A DNA stretch of 64,000 nt from an uncultured Verrucomicrobiae bacterium (GTDB lineage Bacteria; Verrucomicrobiota; Verrucomicrobiia; Limisphaerales; Palsa-1400): positions 3,264,001 through 3,328,000 of the forward strand of contig OY969763.1 of the NCBI GenBank assembly GCA_963702845.1. The letters run 5' to 3'. Below are positions 1 through 12,300 of this stretch, in pieces; the stretch's first letter is position 1; each line of letters opens with the position of its first letter. Below the pieces are notes generated by a model. It did no database searches, was not told the origin of the DNA, and saw only the letters and a program-made list of their open reading frames with translations. Made by a program: the position numbers and the translations under genes.

Positions 1-3000
1 GTCATCGGTAGCCAAACGTTGCCCACCGGCAACAGTCTCGTCGCGCGCTCAATCCGTCGCGATGCTTTTAATAATCTCGTCGATAACGTTGCTGCTGATT
101 CATGGTCGTTGACCAGCATCGGGGGCGGCGTCGTCGCAGGTGATCTCGCGGTCGATGCGGGCAATAAATTTGCCATTCTCACCGGCAATGCCGCTGGTAA
201 CGCCGTAATCACGGCGACCTCCGGTGCGCTCACCGGAAATTCCGGCACGATTACAGTCGCGGCCGTTGCGCCGACCATTACAGCGCCTCCGCCAAGTTAC
301 ACGACGAACGCTGGAGTTAACGTGACATTCTTTGTCAGCGTTTCAGGTTCCACTCCCCTCACCTATCAATGGAAGAAAAACGGTAACGACATTTCTGGTA
401 AGACCGACTCAACCCTGGTTCTTACCGGCGTCACCAAGCCGGATGAAGCAAGTTACAGCGTTGGCGTCACCAACGCTTTCGGCGGAGCTGTCAGCTCAGT
501 CGGCACGCTGACGCTCAACGTCAATGCATTCACGTTGCTGACATACAATGTGAACGGAAATTTTGCGTCGCACTGGACCATTGACGATCCCAAGGTGCGG
601 GCGTTGACAAACCAGTTGACGTATCTGCAGCCCGACATCATTACGTTCAACGAAATACCGAACGGCTCCAATGCGACTCTGAACGCCATCATCGCAGCCT
701 GCCTGCCCGGATATATTTCGACACAAACCAGCGCGGCAACCGATGGCGGGATTCGCAGCGCTGTTGTCAGCCGCTGGCCGATCATTTCGTCCAACAGCTT
801 TTTCCATAACCTCGACCTGACACCGTGGGGCGCGGCGGGCCAGACCTATACTCGCGACCTTTATATCGCCAAGATCCAGGTCCCTGGCATGAGTAAGCCG
901 CTGAACGTGGCGACGTCACACCTCAAATCCAATGATTCTGGCAATCCCGCGGCCCAGAATGCTTGCATGAGGCGCGCCGCGGAAGCGAATGTCGTCTCGA
1001 ACTTCTTCTTTAATTTCAAACAGACCAATACCGACTACTACGTCATGACAGGTGATTGGAACCAGAGCATTAATGATCTAACGACCTGTGACCCGACCAA
1101 CAAGCCTGCGGAATCGATCACGGCGAGTAATTTCACCGGGCTGTTCCTGACGACGCCGAGGGATCCGAATGCCCCCGGTGACACGACGAATTATCTCACT
1201 CACTCCATTGCAGTGGGTCAACAATTTAACGATCGCTATGACTACATCGCGCCGTGCGGAACTCTTTTTACGAACATCAGTACGAGCAAAGTTTTCCGTA
1301 CCAGCACCCTGCCCTCGCTCACTGGCACTGGATTGAATGCCAACGATGACTCCACCACCTCCGACCACCTGCCGGTGCTGATGTCGTTTAACAATCCAGA
1401 AACATCGTCACCATCGTTTGCCCTTCAACCAGCCAACACGACCGCGAATGCAACTACTACTGCGACGTTGTCCGCTGTCGTCGGCGGCGCAACACCGTTG
1501 ACCTATCAGTGGTATAAAGGGAATACGATTCTCAACAACGGCACTGCCACATCGGGCGCAACGATCTCAGGTTCCACGACGGCCAATTTGACACTCGGCG
1601 GAACGGGAGTTCTCTCGACGGACGCTGGAAGCTACAGCCTCGTCGTTACCAATGCGCTCGGCGCCGCGACCAGCGCCACCGCCATCCTCACCATCCTGGA
1701 TCCCGCGATTCTGACCAACCCAGCCCATCAAACGAATAGCGCTGGTGCCACAGTTACATTTACTGCGACAGCTGGAGGCACAGCGCCCGTCACATTCCAG
1801 TGGCAACACGCTGGCACGAACGTTGTCAGTGGCGGAACCTACAGCGGCGTAACCTCAACCACATTGAGCATCGCCGGCATCGTCTCAACCGATGCAGGTA
1901 GCTACAATTTTATCGCCAATAACAGCTTCGGCTCGGTGACCAGTTCCTTCGCGCGTTTAGTCGTAACGGCGCCTGCAACCGTCACTTCTCCACCCTCCAG
2001 CACAACAGTCAATGCCGGTGTAACGCTTCTATTGAGCGCAACAGCCAGTGGCTCACCTACTCCCAGTACGCATTGGGAACGTAACGGTGTTACGATTACA
2101 AACTGCACCGCGTGTTCCGCGGGCAACTTTGGAATCTCTGGCGCAACGGGTGGTAATTTGCGCATCACCAACGTGATTGCAGGCGACGCCGGCAGTTACA
2201 CGTTCGTTGCCAGCAACTCAACCGCCAACGTGACTTCGACCGTTGCGATCGTCGTGGTCAACGACCCATTCATCACTCTGCAACCTGTCGACACTGGAGC
2301 AGCCATCGGCGGCAGCGCCATTCTCAAAGTGCTTGGCTCAGGCACTGCGCCGATTACGTATCAATGGAAGAAAAATGGAAACAACCTGACGGACGGCGCG
2401 AAGTACACGGGATCTACCAGCACCAATTTAACGATCGGTAATATCGCCGTAAGCGATGCGGCTGCATATAGCGCCATAGTCACCGGTGCCGGAGGCACAT
2501 TAACCAGCAGCTCGGCACAATTGGTGGTAACTGGCTCCAATGGTGAAATTTTACTAACCACCAATATTTACAACCAGAATTTTGACAGCATCGGTACTGC
2601 TGCCCCGGCAACACTGCCTCCCGGCTGGGTCATGTCGCCGCAAAGCGGTGGAGCGACTCCCACGTTCGCGGCAGGCACAAATACCGTCACGCAACAAGCG
2701 AGTTCGGGTGCTCCTACGACCGGCGCCCGATACAATTGGGGTGATGGCAACACGCCCACCGACCGCGCAATCGGCTTCATGACCTCCAGCAGCGGCTACA
2801 CCTCACCAAACAGTATTATGTTTGGTTTCGTCAACTCCACCGGCAGCAATATTTCTTCGCTGACCCTGACGTTTAATTATGAGCGCTACCGCAGCAACTC
2901 GGCCGCGGCCGCAATCACGTTCAGCACCTCGGGCGACGGCACATCCTGGAACGCAAACTATCCCACAGGCAATTGCACCTACGACACCGGCACCAGCTCT

Positions 3001-6000
3001 TATATGTTCACCGCGGTTCAAGTCTCCAATTGTTCCGTGACGATGAGCGGAATGGATCTCCCGACCAACGGCACCGTCTATCTCCGTTGGAATTTCAACA
3101 CCACCGGCGCCAACTCCCAGGGCCTGGGATTGGATGATTTCACCTTGTCAGCAACCGTGACGGCGCCTCATGAAGTTCCCGCAACCATCACAAGTCAGCC
3201 TGTTGGCGGAACGGTATGGCAAGGAACGAACTTTACATTTGCAGTTGGAGCGCAGGGCTCAGCGCCTATCACGTATCAATGGTACAAGAACAACAGCTCC
3301 ATCTCTGGTAAAACCGATTCGTCGCTTCCTTTGACATCAGTGACGCCAGCCGACAACGGAACCTATAAATGTGTCGTTCACAACGGCGGCGGCGATACTA
3401 CCAGCTCGGATGCTGTATTGGTTGTGACACCTCCAGTTGCGGTAACGATCGCCCAATTACGCGCGCTGGTAGACGGCACCACTTGGACAAATGCGGACAC
3501 CACCACGATTTACCAAACAACAGGAACGGTCACGACGTTCACCAACTCTGTCACCGGCAACAATACAGCCTTCGCGATGGACGATGGCACCGGTGGTATT
3601 TGGGTGTTTTTGGGAGGCGCTGCTGTTACAATCAACGCCGGCGATTCCGTGAAGGTCACCGCGCCATTGGCAAGCTTCCAGGGACGCCTTGAACTCTCAG
3701 TGGCGGCAGGAAACCCGACCGAAGGCTATTCGGTTCTGACTTCCGGCAATGTGCTCCCGTCCGTCTCTAAAGTTTCATGGACGACGTTAACGAACTTCAC
3801 CGCCAACGATCCGTTGGAAGGCAAACGTGTGGCCATTGGTTTGGTCGATATGGATACGCGCACCAACACATTTGCGACAAATTCACTCCTGACCGTCACC
3901 AATCATGACGATCCCAGCCAGACGTTCCTGGTCCGTATCGATGCTCATTGCGCCGACTTCCAGGGCCAGCCCAAGCCGCAATATTGCTACATCGTCGGCA
4001 CAATGGATCAGGCTACTACCAATGTGCCTCCGACAAACAACTATCGCATCGTCCCGACCCGCTTCGAGGACATCGTTTATTACCCTCCAATCGTCACGGC
4101 ACAACCCGCGAACACGACTGTTAATTACGGGGGCACCGCTGTAATCAGCGCTTCACTCATTGGTGGTCACTTGCAATATTCCTGGACCAAAAACGGCAAC
4201 AGCATAAGTGATGGCGGGAACGTCTCCGGCTCAACGACTGCAAGTTTAACGATTTCACCGGCGTCCTCAGCCGATGTCGGAACGTATCGGCTGACCTACG
4301 TGTTCGGCGCCGATATCTCCGGCGGCCTCTCCGCATTTGTCAACTCCTCAACCGCGACCCTCACTGTAAACGATCCGATAATTACATCGCAGCCCGCCAA
4401 CGCGACTGTCGAGTGCGGCTCCAGCGCAGTGCTGAGTGTTGCCGCTTCCGGGACACCTGCCCTGACCTACCAATGGTACACACCCGACGCTAATGGCACG
4501 GCTGTTCCCGGTGGACAAAGCTCCAGTTTGACGGTGAACAACGTTCACGGCTCCACCGCCTACGTAGTAGTCGTCGGCAATGGATTGGCCGGCACGGTCA
4601 CCAGCAGCAGTGCCAGCGTTACTGCTAACGATACGATTGCTCCGTCCATCACGGTGAACAGCGGCCCGAGCACAGTCTGTGTCGCCAGCGTGTATTCAGA
4701 TCCGGGAGCAACGGCCAGTGATGTTTGCGATGGCACTGTCATCGCTGGCACCTCGGGCTCCGTTAACACGAGCATCGTGGGCGCTTACACGCTCACGTAT
4801 ACAGCCGCTGATTCAAGCCTGAACGCTACGTCTGCCACCCGCGTCGTGTCCGTCGTTAATTGCGCTGATCCAGCAATCACCGTCCAACCGGTCAACGTGA
4901 TCGCCACCACCAAGAGCAACGTGACCTTCAGCATCACTGCTGCTGGAACAGGCCCCTTGGTCTATCAGTGGTACTTCGTTAAGAACGGCACCACGACACC
5001 CAAGAAGATGGTCAAGAGCGCGATCATCCCGGCTGTGACCAACGCCACGCTTAGCATCAACAACGTAGCTAACGCGGCCAATGGCGGCTCCTATTACTGC
5101 ACCGTGACCAACTCGCTCCATTCAGGCGCAACCAGCACCAGCGCGACTCTGACGGTCTACGACGCGCCTTTGGTGAAAATTGCTCCGCCCAGCAAGACGT
5201 TGCTGGCTGGTTTCAACTACACCATGGTAGCCAAAGTGACCAAGGGCGCGCTCAATCAGACCCTGAGCTATCAATGGAACAAGAACGGCAATGCCATCAG
5301 TGGCGCAACCACCTCGACCTACTCGCTGGTGGATGTTCAAACCGCTAACACAGCGGTCTACTCCTGTGTGGTGAGCAACAACTCACCGACAGGCGGTTCG
5401 GCCAGTCTCTCCCTGACGGTGACTCAAGACACTGAGGTTCCCAAAGTGGTGCTCTTGTTGAAGCCAACGGACATGGCAGCCAAACACGCGTTGACCACTA
5501 ACGACGTCCCCGTTGATCCGACCGGAACCAATCACGCGCCTGATGTCGACTTCCTCGGCAAGGCAGTGGATAAAGGTTTGATTGTGTCCGCCTGGGTCAG
5601 CAACGCCGTCAATCAGGCGGTGTTCCCTGCGACATTCGTGAAGAAGGTGACCGACCTGACGGCAACGAACACCGCGGCCGGCAAGCCAGCATTCTTCCTC
5701 TCACACGTGAGCATGGTAGATGGAACCAACATCTTCTGGGGTCTGGCAACGGACTCTGATGGCAACACGAGCACCACCACGAAAGGCACGCACATGTTCT
5801 TCATTGCCAATCCGCAAGCGCTGACCCTGGCGACCAGCGGAACTGGCCGTATCACCTCAGTGACCGACGCGACCTCGAAGAACTGGGGCAACCCGACCAA
5901 CACAGCGGTGCTGGCGGTGGGCCATAATTACACGATAAAGGCCACGCCAATCGGTCACCTCGTTACCTTCCAGAAATGGACCGTGACAGACAGCACTGGC

Positions 6001-6087
6001 CCATTGGCTGATCAGACGGCCAATCCGTTGACCTTCACCATGTCCCTTGGACGGACCAATACGGCTGTGTTCTCCAACCACCCGTAA
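1..6087 (+). CDS. Giant secreted Ig-repeat protein with EEP (endonuclease/exonuclease/phosphatase) domain and OB-fold-like domain; 5' end lies outside the window
   Basis: Frame is open from base 1. EEP motifs TYNV, PDIITFNE, SHLKS, GDWN, RYDYI, SDHLPV (nt ~530-1390). Many Ig repeats (P-x-TYQW...D-x-G-x-Y). OB-fold-like TIAQLR..DDGTGGI..GDSVKV..GRLEL (~3440-4075). DUF5011-like DPGATASDVCDG. InlB-B-repeat-like C-terminal domain. Confidence 0.85.
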   Translation, partial: VIGSQTLPTGNSLVARSIRRDAFNNLVDNVAADSWSLTSIGGGVVAGDLAVDAGNKFAILTGNAAGNAVITATSGALTGNSGTITVAAVAPTITAPPPSYTTNAGVNVTFFVSVSGSTPLTYQWKKNGNDISGKTDSTLVLTGVTKPDEASYSVGVTNAFGGAVSSVGTLTLNVNAFTLLTYNVNGNFASHWTIDDPKVRALTNQLTYLQPDIITFNEIPNGSNATLNAIIAACLPGYISTQTSAATDGGIRSAVVSRWPIISSNSFFHNLDLTPWGAAGQTYTRDLYIAKIQVPGMSKPLNVATSHLKSNDSGNPAAQNACMRRAAEANVVSNFFFNFKQTNTDYYVMTGDWNQSINDLTTCDPTNKPAESITASNFTGLFLTTPRDPNAPGDTTNYLTHSIAVGQQFNDRYDYIAPCGTLFTNISTSKVFRTSTLPSLTGTGLNANDDSTTSDHLPVLMSFNNPETSSPSFALQPANTTANATTTATLSAVVGGATPLTYQWYKGNTILNNGTATSGATISGSTTANLTLGGTGVLSTDAGSYSLVVTNALGAATSATAILTILDPAILTNPAHQTNSAGATVTFTATAGGTAPVTFQWQHAGTNVVSGGTYSGVTSTTLSIAGIVSTDAGSYNFIANNSFGSVTSSFARLVVTAPATVTSPPSSTTVNAGVTLLLSATASGSPTPSTHWERNGVTITNCTACSAGNFGISGATGGNLRITNVIAGDAGSYTFVASNSTANVTSTVAIVVVNDPFITLQPVDTGAAIGGSAILKVLGSGTAPITYQWKKNGNNLTDGAKYTGSTSTNLTIGNIAVSDAAAYSAIVTGAGGTLTSSSAQLVVTGSNGEILLTTNIYNQNFDSIGTAAPATLPPGWVMSPQSGGATPTFAAGTNTVTQQASSGAPTTGARYNWGDGNTPTDRAIGFMTSSSGYTSPNSIMFGFVNSTGSNISSLTLTFNYERYRSNSAAAAITFSTSGDGTSWNANYPTGNCTYDTGTSSYMFTAVQVSNCSVTMSGMDLPTNGTVYLRWNFNTTGANSQGLGLDDFTLSATVTAPHEVPATITSQPVGGTVWQGTNFTFAVGAQGSAPITYQWYKNNSSISGKTDSSLPLTSVTPADNGTYKCVVHNGGGDTTSSDAVLVVTPPVAVTIAQLRALVDGTTWTNADTTTIYQTTGTVTTFTNSVTGNNTAFAMDDGTGGIWVFLGGAAVTINAGDSVKVTAPLASFQGRLELSVAAGNPTEGYSVLTSGNVLPSVSKVSWTTLTNFTANDPLEGKRVAIGLVDMDTRTNTFATNSLLTVTNHDDPSQTFLVRIDAHCADFQGQPKPQYCYIVGTMDQATTNVPPTNNYRIVPTRFEDIVYYPPIVTAQPANTTVNYGGTAVISASLIGGHLQYSWTKNGNSISDGGNVSGSTTASLTISPASSADVGTYRLTYVFGADISGGLSAFVNSSTATLTVNDPIITSQPANATVECGSSAVLSVAASGTPALTYQWYTPDANGTAVPGGQSSSLTVNNVHGSTAYVVVVGNGLAGTVTSSSASVTANDTIAPSITVNSGPSTVCVASVYSDPGATASDVCDGTVIAGTSGSVNTSIVGAYTLTYTAADSSLNATSATRVVSVVNCADPAITVQPVNVIATTKSNVTFSITAAGTGPLVYQWYFVKNGTTTPKKMVKSAIIPAVTNATLSINNVANAANGGSYYCTVTNSLHSGATSTSATLTVYDAPLVKIAPPSKTLLAGFNYTMVAKVTKGALNQTLSYQWNKNGNAISGATTSTYSLVDVQTANTAVYSCVVSNNSPTGGSASLSLTVTQDTEVPKVVLLLKPTDMAAKHALTTNDVPVDPTGTNHAPDVDFLGKAVDKGLIVSAWVSNAVNQAVFPATFVKKVTDLTATNTAAGKPAFFLSHVSMVDGTNIFWGLATDSDGNTSTTTKGTHMFFIANPQALTLATSGTGRITSVTDATSKNWGNPTNTAVLAVGHNYTIKATPIGHLVTFQKWTVTDSTGPLADQTANPLTFTMSLGRTNTAVFSNHP

Positions 6088-6092
6088 TTAGG
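4402..6092 (+). repeat. Copy 1 of the shared C-terminal module (paralogous to 14537-16466)
   Basis: 4402-4848 matches 14537-14983; 5131-6087 matches 15506-16462 at a constant offset of 10375, with mostly synonymous differences. Confidence 0.95.
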
Positions 6093-6103
6093 AATTAATT
6101 CAC

Positions 6104-6134
6104 AAGGCGTCCCGCAAAAGCGGGACGCCTTTTT
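6104..6134 (+). terminator. Intrinsic terminator
   Basis: AAGGCGTCCCGC-AAAA-GCGGGACGCCTT followed by T residues, 17 nt after the stop codon. Confidence 0.9.
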
Positions 6135-6251
6135 CAATGTTTTGAATACGCAGTTTAGACACAACGAACACTTTCCAAACCTCAACCTGCGAGCAACTTG
6201 GATGTAGCACCAGTTACTACACAGGCATCATATTTTTTCTTATTGACTGGT

Positions 6252-6274
6252 AATGACAAAAGTCATTGAATGAC
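6252..6274. promoter_or_regulatory. Candidate operator made of three alternating half-sites
   Basis: AATGAC-AAAA-GTCATT-G-AATGAC just downstream of a TTGACT hexamer (6243-6248), about 110 nt upstream of the ATG at 6385. Confidence 0.45.
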
Positions 6275-6384
6275 CCATATCCATCCGCAGTGCCCTGTAG
6301 ATAATTTGTAGTAATCGCAGCCGATTAAAAAAAGCCGCATCTCGACAGCACAATTCTGATACAAAAACCCTCACTTCGACCCGT

Positions 6385-9300
6385 ATGAAAAAGACCTCCC
6401 TGGCTCTGTTCGCTATTGCCATATTATTAACTCCATCGCGCATTTTTGCTGGCGCGATCACATGGAATGGCTCGGCAGGCGACAGCAAATTCACCACCCC
6501 AGGTAACTGGATCGGCAGCGTCCTACCCGGCACCGCTGATGACGCTTATTTCACAAACAACGTTACTGCGCCTTCGACCGTTGAAGTCAATGCGGCCATC
6601 ACCGTGGGTGGCTTGGAATTCATTCGCGGCTTCAACACTGCGAACACCATGACGTTAGGCAATGGGACGGCTTCCCCTGTCACTATGACTTTCAGCAGCG
6701 GCACTGCCTTTCCCTTGCTCGTCGATCAAGGCTCGAGCGGCAGCGTGATCACGTTCCAGCCAACCGTAAACTCCGGTACCGCCAATTTGAGTCTCTCGGC
6801 AGCATCGGGTGGTTCTTTCAACGTTATCAACGCGGGGGCGGGCCTCGTAATCAATAGCCCAATTACCGGCTTAACCACGGCTTCGCTTACAAAGAATGGC
6901 TCGGGCATGTTGCAGTTAGGCGGATCCGTTGCCAATACCCAGGGCAACATGATCGTGCAGGCCGGAACCTTGAAATTGGATTTGTCGGGCGGAGTCAATA
7001 AGTTAAACCCGGCGCAAGTATTGCAACTTGCGGGTGGAACGGTTGATTTATCGGGCGGCACCTTTACGCAAAATTTGGGTTCCTTTGCATTCGGATCGGC
7101 AACGAACAATCGCTCTGGAGCAGGCTTTCTGACCCGCAGCAGCGGCACCAGCACCATTAATTTAAAAGCCATGTCGCGCAATGCCTCCGGATATCTGGAC
7201 ATTGCAACAGCGGGCATTGCCACGACAACCACCAGCGACGTTAATGGAATTTTGTTCGGAGGATCGGTCACATTAGGTGGGACTGACTGGGCGCATAGCG
7301 CGACAGCAACAGGAGGTGTTGACACGGGAATTACGGCCTACACTGGCTATACAGATGTTGGATTTGGCGGAACTATTGCCAACGCATCAACCAGCAATGT
7401 GAGATTGACCGGCGGTGCCAGTGGTAACATTGCGCTCGGCGCCGCAACAACGTTAATCAACACCTTGAAACAAGACCAAACCACGGCGACCACGATCGAT
7501 ACCGCCGGCAACACTTTACGCTTGGGCACCATTGGCGGCGTATTCATGCCCCCGACTGCCGGGCCTCTCACGATTGGCACAAGCGTCGGGTCTGGATTCA
7601 TATCAGGCAATGCTGCTGCAAACGTAGGTGCAGAATTGCAGTGGATCAATAATTCGGCAAACGACCTCACCGTCAATGCTAAGATCACGAACAACGGCAC
7701 GGGAATCATCACCAACATTGTCACCGGCACCGGACCCGGCATCGTCATCTTTGCCGCTACTGGCAGCGGCCTGTCTAATGCGTATTCGGGCCCAACCGTA
7801 ATCAGTGGCACGACTCTTTCGATCAGCGCAGATTCTTGCCTGGGCACCCCGCCAATCGCAGCAGTGGTGGAAAACGTAGTTCTGAATGGCGGGACCCTGC
7901 GACACACGAGCACGACGCCAGGCGGAGCATTTTTGACCGCGACCCGTGGGATTCGTATCGGACCGAAAGGCGGCACAATCGATATCCCATCATCAAGCGC
8001 GATCCTGCTGTATACGAGCGGTCAGATCACAGCGCTTTCGTCGACGGAATACGCAACACTTACGAAATCGGGCGCCGGCACATTGCGTGTAACTACCCCT
8101 ACCGCGCTTACATTTGCCAAACTGAAGGTGACTGGCGGGTTGTATCAGGGCGCAACAGACGGCACTTTTTGTACAGCTCCATCAACGCCGTTGGGTTTCG
8201 CCTCCGACATCATCACACTTGATGGCGGTGGTATCAGCGCAAACGCAGGATTCACTCTCGCTTCTCAAAAAGGCATCACTCTTGGCTCCAGTGGCGGTCG
8301 CATCGATACTTCCTCCTCACTAACCTATGCCGGTGTGATTTCCGGTTCGGGTGCTTTGACCAAAACTGGCACAAACAATAGTTCCACACTGACATTGTCC
8401 GGTGCCAGCACCTACACAGGTGGAACCACTCTCCAGCAAGGTGTTATTCTTGCCGGCGGAAACAACATTTTGGGCACGGGGGCGATCACTTTGAGCGGCA
8501 GCGGCGAGCCTGCAGGATTGAACATTCGTATGGGATCGAGCGCTTCAACGGCTCGCTCATTTACAAACGCGGTCGTTCAGGCGTCCGACGCCTCGTTCGG
8601 TGACAGTGTGAATACTGGCGCGCTAACATTCAGCGGCTCCTGGACGCTGAGCGGTGGTTCCCGAACCATCGACTCGTTGACCAACACGGTGACCATCAGT
8701 GGTGCGATTGGTGACGGCGGCAACGGTTACGCGGTCACGAAAACCGGTACCGGAACGTTGGCGCTTACGGGCGCGAACACTTACGGCGGCGATACGACCA
8801 ATCTGACCGGCACTCTTTCCATCAATGCCACTGGCACCTTCGGCAACGGAGTTGGCACGCTGCGCCTGTCTGGCGGCACGGTTCAATTGACAGCAACTCG
8901 CGCCCTGGCGGCGAACATCCTCAATCCCGTGGTAATGTCAGCAGATACAACATTGCGCGGTGATGGCAGCTTCCTTTTCCGAAGTGGCGGAACGTGGTCG
9001 GCCACTGGCGGCACACTCACTCTCACCAACGGTGGCACGAGCGGCGCAACGACGTTCGACCTCGTCACATCTAATGCATTTACCTTTGCACAACCGATCG
9101 TCGTTGGTCCTGCGGGAGAAACAAACGGCGTCCAACTGACGATGTTCAACGACAATGTTGTTGGTGACCAGGTCTACAATGGCGTCATCAGCGGCACCGG
9201 CTCCGTCCGTCGCTCTGTTACCTCCGGCACCGGCGGCAATGCGATCCTCAATGCAAACAACCTTTATACCGGCGTAACGACCGTTTCGAGCGGCACGTTG

Positions 9301-12300
9301 ACTGTGAACGGCAGCATCGCCACCAGTTCAGGTGTGACGGTGAGCGCCAATGGCACCCTGTCAGGCATTGGAACGACGCCCGCAGTCACACTAAGCGGAA
9401 CGCTTTCGCCTGGGCCGGGCACCAGCTCTTTGAGCACCGGCAGCGAAACCTGGAACGGCGGTTCAACAAACAATTGGGAAATCAACGACTTTGCCGGCAC
9501 CGAAGGAAATTCTTCGGCTGGTTGGGACGTGATCAATATCGCCGGCGGCTTGACCATCAACGCAACAGCAGCGAACAGAATGACGATCAAGGTCGTCTCT
9601 TTGAATGGCGGCGTTGCAGGTAATGCCGCGAACTTCAACAATACGAGCACCTATACGAAGACGCTCGTTCACACGACGACGGGCATCACCGGCTTTGATT
9701 CGCGTAAGTTCATCGTCGACACGTCGAGCTTCTCTAACTCACAAGGAAGCGGCGGATTCCGCATTGCAGTCATCGGCAACGACCTCGTATTGCAATTTGG
9801 CGATCCTGCCATCTTGACCGACCCCGCTGATGTTATTATCGCGCACGCTGGCACGACGAACTTCAGTGTGAGCGCTGCTAGCGCCGCGCCGACGTATCAA
9901 TGGCGTCAAGGTGGCGTAAACCTCAGCAATGGCCCGCATTTCAACGGCACTTCGACTGCCACCCTGACAATCACTGGCGTGCAGGACGGCGACGACATCG
10001 GTGGATTCGACTGTGTCGTCACTGGCGCAAGCGGCAGCCAGACCAGCGCATCGGCTTCGTTGACCATTGTTGACCCGCCGGTTGTCACCGCCAACCCAGC
10101 CGGTTTATCAATCGGCGTCGGCACTAACGCTACGTTCACGGTTTCGTATACAGGAACTTCAAACAACGTCACACCCATGACATTCCGTTGGAAGACCAAC
10201 GGCGTAAACCTGGTCGAAAGCGCGCATTTTGTCGGCACCGCTTCACCAACACTCACGGTTGTGGCAGCGGTCACTGGCGATGCGGCAAGCTATAGCGTCT
10301 CGCTGACAAACGCCAACGGTACCGCCTCAAGTGGAAGCGGCATCCTTGTGGTCGATACCGCCCCGGTGATCACAACGCAGCCGTTTGATACAGCGGTCGC
10401 GTTCGGGGACGTGACGAACTTTACGGTTGTCGCTACTGGACCACACCTGACTTACCAGTGGCAAACCAACGGTGTGCCCATCAGCGATGACGCCCATTAT
10501 ATCGGCACAACCAGTGCAGTGTTGACGATCACTAATGCCGTGAAAGCGAACGAAGCGACGAATTGGTTCTACCGTTGCGTCATTGCTAACGCCGCCACCA
10601 ACGTCATCAGCACTGAAGTAAAACTCGTTGTCGCTACGTCCCCTGTCATTACATCACAACCGCACAACAGCACCTTCATAGCAGGAAATACCAACACGCT
10701 GTTTGTCGTCGCAACCGGTCCGCAGCTAAATTACTTCTGGCGCTTGAACGGCAGCCCATTGACCGACGGCGTCGGGCACGTTTTGGCTGGCGCTAACTCC
10801 GCGGTTCTAACCCTTGGCCCAATTAGCCAGGCTGACGCTGGCTCCTACAGCGTTGTTATCACCAACTTCGACGGCACGATCACCAGTTCGGACGCAGCCG
10901 TCACTGTCATCGATCCAATTGTCATCACTGGCCAACCCACAAGCGTCACCATCAATTCCGGACAGAACGCCGCTTTGACAGTGACTGCCAGCGGCACATC
11001 ACCTTCATATCAATGGAAGCGTGGAGGCGTGAATTTGAGCAACGGCGGCCACGTGACCGGTGCAACAACGGCAGCATTGTCGTTCACCGGCGCTACCCAA
11101 ACGCCCGATATGGCGAGCTATAGTTGCATTGTCAGCAATTTTGCAGGAGCGGTCACCAGCGGCGCTGCGACGTTAACCGTCAACGAAGCGCCGGCAATCA
11201 CGACCCAACCCACCTCGCAAACTGCAGCGCAGACAGGATCGAGCGCAACCTTCAGCGTCGTAGCAACAGGTTATCCATTGAACTATCAGTGGTATTTCAA
11301 CAATAGCACCATCCCGAATGCAACTAACTCCAGCTACAATATCGCGAGTGTAGCCACGACGAACATTGGTTACTACTACGTCATTATTAGTAATCCGTCA
11401 GGCTCAGTGCAAAGCTCGACCGTGCAATTGAGGATCGGCAATCAATTCTTCAGTGATGCATTGGACGCGGACACGTCGGCTAATTGGCATACCAATACTT
11501 CGTCCGCGGATAATCGAGTGACATGGGCATACGATTATTTGGCTACAGCAGGAATCCCACAATGCCCCGGATCCTCGACGACCAAAGCTTTGAAGCTGGA
11601 AGCAAACTTGACCCTTGCGGCAATCGCTGCTGTGAGCCTTTCACCCAACAGCCAGAATTTTACGGGTGACTACCAATTGCGGTTCAACTTGTGGATGAAT
11701 TTCCTTGGGCCCGCTCCGGCAGGCGGCACTGGCGGTACCGAATCATTTTCTGCGGGTATTGCCACGTCCGGCGACAGGGTAATGTGGGCTCAGTCGGGCA
11801 ACACAGCAAACGGCGTTTGGGTTTCCTCGACCGGCGACGGCAACATCGGAACTGGCGCAAACACTTATTACGACTATGGCATATATACAAATGCCTCCGC
11901 CGGCGCAGCGTCAACCCTGGTTGCAGCGGCAACTGGTATTTATGCAGGCGGAACGTCGGTTACAACAGCTAATGACAACGCAAGTGCTGTTTACACGAAC
12001 AACTTTGGCAATTCTACTATTCCAGCGGCGCAAACCGCTCTTTTTGCTACGCAAACTGGCGCCTGCAACGCAGGCGCACTGGCATTCCAATGGCACGAAG
12101 TCATCCTGAATAAGTCAGGAAACGTCGTCAGTTGGTTAATTGATGGGATCAAAATCGCTTCCGTGACCAATGCTGTCATTCCTGCATCGGGAACAAACAT
12201 CAGCATCGGCTACCTGGATCCGTTCGCAAGCGTTTGCGCTGATCCCAACGTGGAATTCGGGTTATTTTCGAACTTGAAGGTTGAGAGCTTCTCTGGCGCA

